Below, piece by piece: positions 38,920-43,401 of a stretch of DNA of 43,401 nucleotides. Within the stretch, counting starts at the first letter, position 1. Each line of letters starts with the position of its first letter. The position numbers were made by a program, and so were the translations under genes. The notes beneath the pieces are model-generated. The model ran no database searches. It worked only from the letters and a program-made list of their open reading frames with translations, and was not told the DNA's origin. Origin of the DNA: Thermomicrobiales bacterium (GTDB lineage Bacteria; Chloroflexota; Chloroflexia; Thermomicrobiales; UBA6265); assembly GCA_035936075.1 (NCBI GenBank), contig DASYWM010000164.1, positions 1-43,401 of the forward strand. Reading direction: 5' to 3'.

Positions 38920-38935
38920 TGGCACTGCTCGTGCA
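38920..38935 (+). promoter_or_regulatory. Candidate sigma54 (-24/-12) promoter upstream of hsp20-lon
   Basis: TGGCAC-TGCTC-GTGCA against the consensus TGGCAC-N5-TTGCW: correct GG/GC spacing and a single mismatch. It lies 18 nt after the upstream stop and about 210 nt before the hsp20 ATG. Confidence 0.3.
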
Positions 38936-39056
38936 TATGGGGTGCCGAGCGGTGGTCCGCAGCTTAGGCACTTCCTTTTCCCCGTCTACCACCCTCGCAA
39001 CCCAATGCTTCCCTTTAGAACGCTTATACGGGTTGTAGCAACTTGCCGTACTTTTC

Positions 39057-39064
39057 TGTATAAT
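39057..39064 (+). promoter_or_regulatory. Candidate -10 element (TGTATAAT) upstream of hsp20
   Basis: A perfect TATAAT sits at 39059-39064, preceded by TG. The only TTG-type -35 candidate (TTGTAG at 39033-39038) has a 20-nt spacer, which is poor. Confidence 0.3.
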
Positions 39065-39145
39065 AGCTGCAGTTTGAACCGGACAAACCATCAACGGCGT
39101 TCACATGTCCAGTTCCTAAGACTTAGATCGACCAAGGGAGAATTC

Positions 39146-39622
39146 ATGATTGTTGTCCGACGGGTGCGACCGCGTGAACAAGCGCGGCGCCAGACCGAGA
39201 TCGATGCCATGTATCGATCCCTGCTCGCGGGCCATCGTGCAGTCGGCACTGGCCGGCGCCGCACCTGGCGACCGTCCGTTGAGGTGTATGAAACCGCTGA
39301 GACGCTGGAGGTTGTTGCCGAGATCGCCGGCATGCAGGGAGACGACATCGATATCGTGCTGGAAGGGGATGTCCTGATGATCCAGGGCACTCGCCCGGAT
39401 CCGGCACCATGTGACCAACGTACCTATCACATCGCACATATTGAGTACGGAGCATTTGCAACGGAACTACGAATCCCGTTTGCGGTGGATACGGACTCCG
39501 CGACCGCTTCCTACGAGAATGGATTCCTACGAATTACCCTGCCGCGAACGAAGGGCCGCACTATTGTTGCGACACGTGCGGGATCGAATTCCGATACGGC
39601 GGATGAGCAGAGGGACGCATGA
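39146..39622 (+). CDS. Hsp20/alpha-crystallin family small heat-shock protein
   Basis: Alpha-crystallin domain WRPSVEVYETAETLEVVAEIAGMQGDDIDIVLEGDVLMIQGTR...IEYGAFATELRIPFAVD...ASYENGFLRITLPR. AAGGGAG lies 5 nt before ATG 39146. Confidence 0.88.
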   Translation: MIVVRRVRPREQARRQTEIDAMYRSLLAGHRAVGTGRRRTWRPSVEVYETAETLEVVAEIAGMQGDDIDIVLEGDVLMIQGTRPDPAPCDQRTYHIAHIEYGAFATELRIPFAVDTDSATASYENGFLRITLPRTKGRTIVATRAGSNSDTADEQRDA

Positions 39623-42195
39623 GCAATCCTGACGAGAAAATGACCAACACGAACATCAACGATGAAACCCAAGACGACCAAGAGCATCATGAGTTGCCCG
39701 AGGCGGTTCTTCCGGAGGCGGAAAACGACGGCAACGACCAAGCCGGGCCAGTAGAAGTCGTCGCGGAAGTCGTGGGCGACACCGACGCGTCTCCGGAGTT
39801 GCCGGAGGAAGAGATCCTGCCGCTGCTGCCGCTCCGCGGTACGGTTGTGCTGCCGATGACACTCGTACCATTAGCCGCCGCCCAGGAGCGGTCGTTGCGG
39901 CTGATCGACGATGTGATGGCCGGCGAGCGCACGGTGGCGATGGTGATGCAGAAGGATGCCCAGCTCGAGGGCGCAGGTCCGGATGACATCCTGTCGATCG
40001 GGACGATTACCACTATTCACCAGATGATGCGCGTTCCCGACGGATCGGTACGGCTGGCCGTGCAGGGCGTCGAGCGCATGGAAGTTATCGAGGTTATCCA
40101 GGAAGAGCCGTATCTCAAGGCTCGCATCCGGCGACTGCCCGAGGATCTGGAGGACTCTGTTGAGGTGCAGGCGCTGATGCGCAATACGCTCGAACTCTTC
40201 CAGCGCCTGGTGGCCCTCGTGCCTCACCTGCCGGACGAGTTGGTGACCGCGGCACTGAATGTGGACGACGATGCGCGGCATCTCGTCTATCTCGTGGCCT
40301 CGAACCTTCGGATGGAACCAGAAGAGCGACAGTCACTGCTTGAGCTGAACTCGGTGACGGAGAAGCTGCAATCGCTCAACGCCTTCTTAACCAAGGAGCT
40401 CGACGTTCTTGAGCTGGGTCGAAAGATCCAGACAGATGTCCAGGAAGAGATGAGCAAGTCGCAGCGCGAGTATTTCTTGCGCGAGCAGATGAAAGCTATC
40501 CAGAAGGAACTGGGCGAGAGCAGTGAAACCGAAGCCGAGGTCAGCGAGCTCCGGCAGAAAATTGAAGAATCGGGAATGCCAGAGGAGGCAGCAAAGGAAG
40601 CGAACCGCGAGTTGGATCGCCTCAGCAAGCTGCCCCCGGCCGCCGCTGAATATGGCGTCATCAAGACCTATCTCGATTGGCTGACGTCTCTTCCCTGGAA
40701 CGTTTCGACCGAGAACGAGATCGACATCAAGAAGACGCGTGAGATCCTCGACGCGGACCATTACGGACTCGACAAGATCAAGGATCGAATTCTTGAGTAT
40801 CTCGCCGTACGCAAGCTGAAGCTGGATCAAGCCACGGACGACGGCGAAACACAGGCGGCTCATCGTGAGCCCATCCTCTGCTTCGTCGGCCCTCCAGGCG
40901 TGGGTAAGACGAGTCTCGCGCAGAGCATCGCGAGGGGTCTTGGCCGCGAGATGACGCGCATGTCCCTTGGTGGCGTGCGGGACGAATCGGAGATTCGTGG
41001 ACATCGCCGCACATATGTCGGCGCAATGCCGGGGCGGATTATCCAGGCGATCCGTCGAGCGGGCAGCAACGATCCGGTCTTCGTGCTTGACGAGGTCGAC
41101 AAGCTGGGCAATGACTGGCGGGGAGATCCGTCATCGGCGCTGTTGGAGGTTCTTGATCCCGAGCAAAACAACGATTTCCGGGATCACTATCTCGATGTGC
41201 CGTTTGATCTCTCGAAAGTCATGTTTATCGCTACGGCGAACATGCTCGACTCGATACCGGCTCCGCTTCGCGACCGCATGGAGATCGTCGAGCTGAGTAG
41301 CTATACGGACGATGAGAAGCTGCAGATCGCGAAGCGATATCTGGTGCCGAAGCAGATGAAGGCAAACGGTCTGGGCGGCCAGGAGATTGACTGGGATGAT
41401 GATGCGCTCATGAGCATCATCCAGCACTACACCCGGGAATCCGGCGTTCGGAATCTCGAACGCGAGATTGGAACGGCTGCCCGGAAGATCGCGACCATCG
41501 TTGCCAAGGGCGATAACGCGCCGGAAACGATCGGGAAGCGGGAGATTCGGGACTATCTCGGCCGCCCGCGCTACTTCTACGAGGAGCGTGAGCAGCGGAC
41601 GGCACAGCCAGGAGTGGCGATCGGCGTTGGTGTCAACAGCTTCGGTGGTGACATCATGTTCATTGAAGCGACGCGGATGCCGGGCAAGGGAAGCCTGACG
41701 GTGACCGGTCAGCTCGGCGATGTTATGAAGGAGTCGGCGACCGCTGCCTTCTCCTTCGTGCGTTCGAAGACCAGGGAGCTGGGTATCGATCCGGATTTCT
41801 ACAAGGATTCGGATATCCACATTCACGTTCCGGCTGGTGCCATCCCGAAGGACGGTCCTTCCGCCGGCGTGGCGATGACCACCGCGCTCGTTTCGTTGCT
41901 TGCCGGTGTCTCTGTCCGTGACGATGTGGCGATGACTGGCGAGATCACCCTGCGTGGCCAAGTGCTGCCGGTTGGCGGTATCAAGGAGAAGGCGCTCGGT
42001 GCGCGTCGTGCCGGTATCACGACCTTTATCCTGCCGCGACGGAACGAGGTGGATCTCGACGACTTGCCTGAGGAGCTGAAGGACGAAATGATCTTCGTGC
42101 TCGCCGATACGCTGGACGAGGCGTTGCAGACCTCGATGCCGGAGGAATTCCACGGCGTCAGGGCGGCCTCGACGCCTGTGGCAATCGCAAGCTAG
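39619..42195 (+). CDS. lon: ATP-dependent Lon protease (LonA) with acidic N-terminal extension
   Basis: LON N-domain LPLLPLRGTVVLPMTLVPL, Walker A GPPGVGKTSLAQSIA, catalytic Ser context KDGPSAGVAMTTALVS, and Lys context GGIKEKALGARRAG. ATG 39619 overlaps the hsp20 stop (ATGA). Confidence 0.95.
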   Translation: MSNPDEKMTNTNINDETQDDQEHHELPEAVLPEAENDGNDQAGPVEVVAEVVGDTDASPELPEEEILPLLPLRGTVVLPMTLVPLAAAQERSLRLIDDVMAGERTVAMVMQKDAQLEGAGPDDILSIGTITTIHQMMRVPDGSVRLAVQGVERMEVIEVIQEEPYLKARIRRLPEDLEDSVEVQALMRNTLELFQRLVALVPHLPDELVTAALNVDDDARHLVYLVASNLRMEPEERQSLLELNSVTEKLQSLNAFLTKELDVLELGRKIQTDVQEEMSKSQREYFLREQMKAIQKELGESSETEAEVSELRQKIEESGMPEEAAKEANRELDRLSKLPPAAAEYGVIKTYLDWLTSLPWNVSTENEIDIKKTREILDADHYGLDKIKDRILEYLAVRKLKLDQATDDGETQAAHREPILCFVGPPGVGKTSLAQSIARGLGREMTRMSLGGVRDESEIRGHRRTYVGAMPGRIIQAIRRAGSNDPVFVLDEVDKLGNDWRGDPSSALLEVLDPEQNNDFRDHYLDVPFDLSKVMFIATANMLDSIPAPLRDRMEIVELSSYTDDEKLQIAKRYLVPKQMKANGLGGQEIDWDDDALMSIIQHYTRESGVRNLEREIGTAARKIATIVAKGDNAPETIGKREIRDYLGRPRYFYEEREQRTAQPGVAIGVGVNSFGGDIMFIEATRMPGKGSLTVTGQLGDVMKESATAAFSFVRSKTRELGIDPDFYKDSDIHIHVPAGAIPKDGPSAGVAMTTALVSLLAGVSVRDDVAMTGEITLRGQVLPVGGIKEKALGARRAGITTFILPRRNEVDLDDLPEELKDEMIFVLADTLDEALQTSMPEEFHGVRAASTPVAIAS

Positions 42196-42222
42196 CCACT
42201 GCTCCCATCCGATACACAACAG

Positions 42223-42255
42223 AAACGGCGCGCCCCCATTGGGACGCGCCGTTTT
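42223..42255. terminator. Bidirectional terminator between convergent lon and amidotransferase genes
   Basis: AAACGGCGCG (42223-42232) pairs with CGCGCCGTTT (42245-42254), with a 12-nt loop. The A-run and T-run are built into the stem ends. Confidence 0.65.
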
Positions 42256-42273
42256 CGTAGGCACCGGCGATTG

Positions 42274-43017
42274 CTACTTCCCGGCCTTCTTGTCCGCTGC
42301 CGCACGAACGAGGGCCTCGAAGATTGCTGCCTGGTCCGGGTATTCCTCTGCAAGCATCTCGGGGTGCCACTGAACGGCAAGGCCAAAAGTCATCCTCGGG
42401 TGCCACATAGCCTCTACGACGCCATCTGGTGTTATGGCCACGACCTCTAACTCCTCGGCCGGGTCCTTCACCGCCTGGTGATGGAACGAGTTCGTTTGCA
42501 TTTTTGTATCGCCATGAATCCGGTAAAGAAGGTTGTCCCCCTCAGTAATGGTGATTGTATGGGAGCGGGCGTCCCGCATCTTGCCCTCCCTGTGCTGCCG
42601 ATGCTGCTGGGCTCCGGGTAGCTGGTCGGGGATATCCTGAATGAGTGTGCCACCAAGGGCGACGTTGACCGTCTGAATGCCTCGACAGATGCCGAGCATG
42701 GGGATATCGCGCTCAACTACCTTCGGAATGGCCTGTAACTCGAAGGCATCGCGCTCGTCATCGAAGCCATCCGCCGCGGGATGCTTTTCCTCATTCCAGT
42801 AGCCAGGATCAATATCACCGCCGCCACTGAAGACAATGCCGTCCACTGCATCAAGGGTCTCGTCAATCGCACCGGTATGAAGTGGGAGAATTACAGGTAC
42901 TCCGCCAGCTGCGATGATGGCCCTGGTATAGGTATCACCGAGCGCATATCGGCGGAAATGGCCGTGGTCGAAGGTGGACTCACTGGGGGAGGGGGAGATG
43001 CCGATTACCGGTTTCAC
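42274..43017 (-). CDS. Gamma-glutamyl-gamma-aminobutyrate hydrolase family protein (class I glutamine amidotransferase, peptidase C26)
   Basis: Nucleophile elbow LGICRGIQ and SFHHQAV. GGAG lies 4-5 nt before GTG 43017 (VKPVIGISP). The ORF-track start is 43047. Confidence 0.85.
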   Translation of the reverse strand: MKPVIGISPSPSESTFDHGHFRRYALGDTYTRAIIAAGGVPVILPLHTGAIDETLDAVDGIVFSGGGDIDPGYWNEEKHPAADGFDDERDAFELQAIPKVVERDIPMLGICRGIQTVNVALGGTLIQDIPDQLPGAQQHRQHREGKMRDARSHTITITEGDNLLYRIHGDTKMQTNSFHHQAVKDPAEELEVVAITPDGVVEAMWHPRMTFGLAVQWHPEMLAEEYPDQAAIFEALVRAAADKKAGK

Positions 43018-43160
43018 ACGTAACTCCAGACGACAGAGGGACCGCACGCTTTCAGACTAAACCGCAACGCCACAAGTATACGTAGGAGCGGTCGATTTCA
43101 TTCCCACGTTCCCACCCCCCGTTCCTAGATTCTTGCGCGCGGCCCGTCGATGGGGCAGCC

Positions 43161-43189
43161 TTGACAGGTGGCAGGGGGGCAGCTATAGT
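43161..43189 (+). promoter_or_regulatory. Sigma70-type promoter P-a: TTGACA-N17-TATAGT
   Basis: TTGACA at 43161-43166, a 17-nt spacer, and TATAGT at 43184-43189. It is followed by TGCTCTCCGCTGCTGAG, which is shared with the next unit. Confidence 0.6.
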
Positions 43190-43252
43190 TGCTCTCCGCT
43201 GCTGAGAAATCGGTGGCGCGGACCCTGACGAGAGGTTCCTGGAAACAGGGTC

Positions 43253-43281
43253 TTGACAGCGGGTGGGGGAGCGGGTACACT
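43253..43281 (+). promoter_or_regulatory. Sigma70-type promoter P-b: TTGACA-N17-TACACT
   Basis: TTGACA at 43253-43258, a 17-nt spacer, and TACACT at 43276-43281. It is followed by TGCTCTCCGCTGCTCCG. Confidence 0.55.
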
Positions 43282-43347
43282 TGCTCTCCGCTGCTCCGGG
43301 AACGACCGGGCAGCAGGTCCGGCGCAAGCGGCTCTTTCGGGAGGGGC

Positions 43348-43377
43348 TTGACACGGACCGGACCGGGCAGGTATACT
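43348..43377 (+). promoter_or_regulatory. Sigma70-type promoter P-c: TTGACA-N18-TATACT
   Basis: TTGACA at 43348-43353, an 18-nt spacer, and TATACT at 43372-43377. It is followed by ACTTGTCCGCTGCTGAGAG at the window edge. Confidence 0.6.
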
Positions 43378-43401
43378 ACTTGTCCGCTGCTGAGAGATCA
43401 G

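Larger units (their letters stand above)
43150..43401 (+). repeat. Three tandem promoter-containing units in ~92-95 bp register
   Basis: The unit starts (cTTGACA) are at 43161, 43253 and 43348. Both the promoter hexamers and the first ~15 transcribed nt (CTCCGCTGCTG / GTCCGCTGCTG) are conserved between units. Confidence 0.6.

Noticed and set aside
38057-39094. 345-aa minus-strand ORF across the ubiA-like gene and the hsp20 upstream region
   Set aside because: It has no motifs and an Arg/His/Glu-rich composition, and it overlaps a clear multi-helix UbiA-family gene on the plus strand.
39100-39145. RNA-thermometer idea: UUCCU (about 39112-39116) pairing with the hsp20 SD AGGGA
   Set aside because: It is only a 5-bp pairing including a G-U. 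No ROSE or fourU consensus features are present, which is too weak to claim from sequence alone.
41131-42264. 377-aa ORF antisense to lon
   Set aside because: It is an antisense artefact. The Lon protease motifs occupy the plus strand.

Overview
GC-rich (judged by eye, not computed) bacterial chromosomal segment of 43.4 kb. It is densely coding, with about 35 protein genes on both strands, many linked by overlapping stop/start codons. Most of the content is core housekeeping. This includes a sigma54-type response regulator, a fused aroK-aroB, and a methyl-cycle cluster (PfkB adenosine-kinase-like, ahcY, metK). It also includes darA (c-di-AMP receptor), miaB, an orphan GAF/PAS histidine kinase, a YumC-type ferredoxin-NADP reductase, trpS, a UbiB/ABC1 kinase and an HxlR regulator. 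Further along are rpsA, clpC-radA, murG, lspA-rluD-glycerate kinase-nucleoside hydrolase, a polyprenyl synthase, a DUF4015 glycoside-hydrolase-like protein coupled to a DPPR-synthase-like UbiA prenyltransferase, hsp20-lon, and a PuuD-type amidotransferase. I found no rRNA, tRNA, CRISPR array, transposase/integrase or recognisable defence island, so this reads as an ordinary core region rather than an accessory island. Gene content (DarA, ClpC-RadA, YumC-type FNR, DPPR-synthase-like UbiA, sigma54 activator) hints at a GC-rich lineage such as Chloroflexota/Thermomicrobia, but that is a guess without a database search. The non-routine observations are: (1) three tandem near-consensus promoters in about 92-95 bp register at the right edge, firing out of the window; (2) a canonical orphan intrinsic terminator with a competing antiterminator pairing upstream of a small SWIM-domain gene, suggesting an attenuator leader or sRNA; (3) an ada gene broken by two opposite-sign single-nucleotide frameshifts; (4) a good sigma54 -24/-12 match upstream of a translationally coupled hsp20-lon pair; (5) a polyprenyl-phosphate glycan-type gene module. 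Start codons were refined by eye from Shine-Dalgarno spacing and are less certain than stops.
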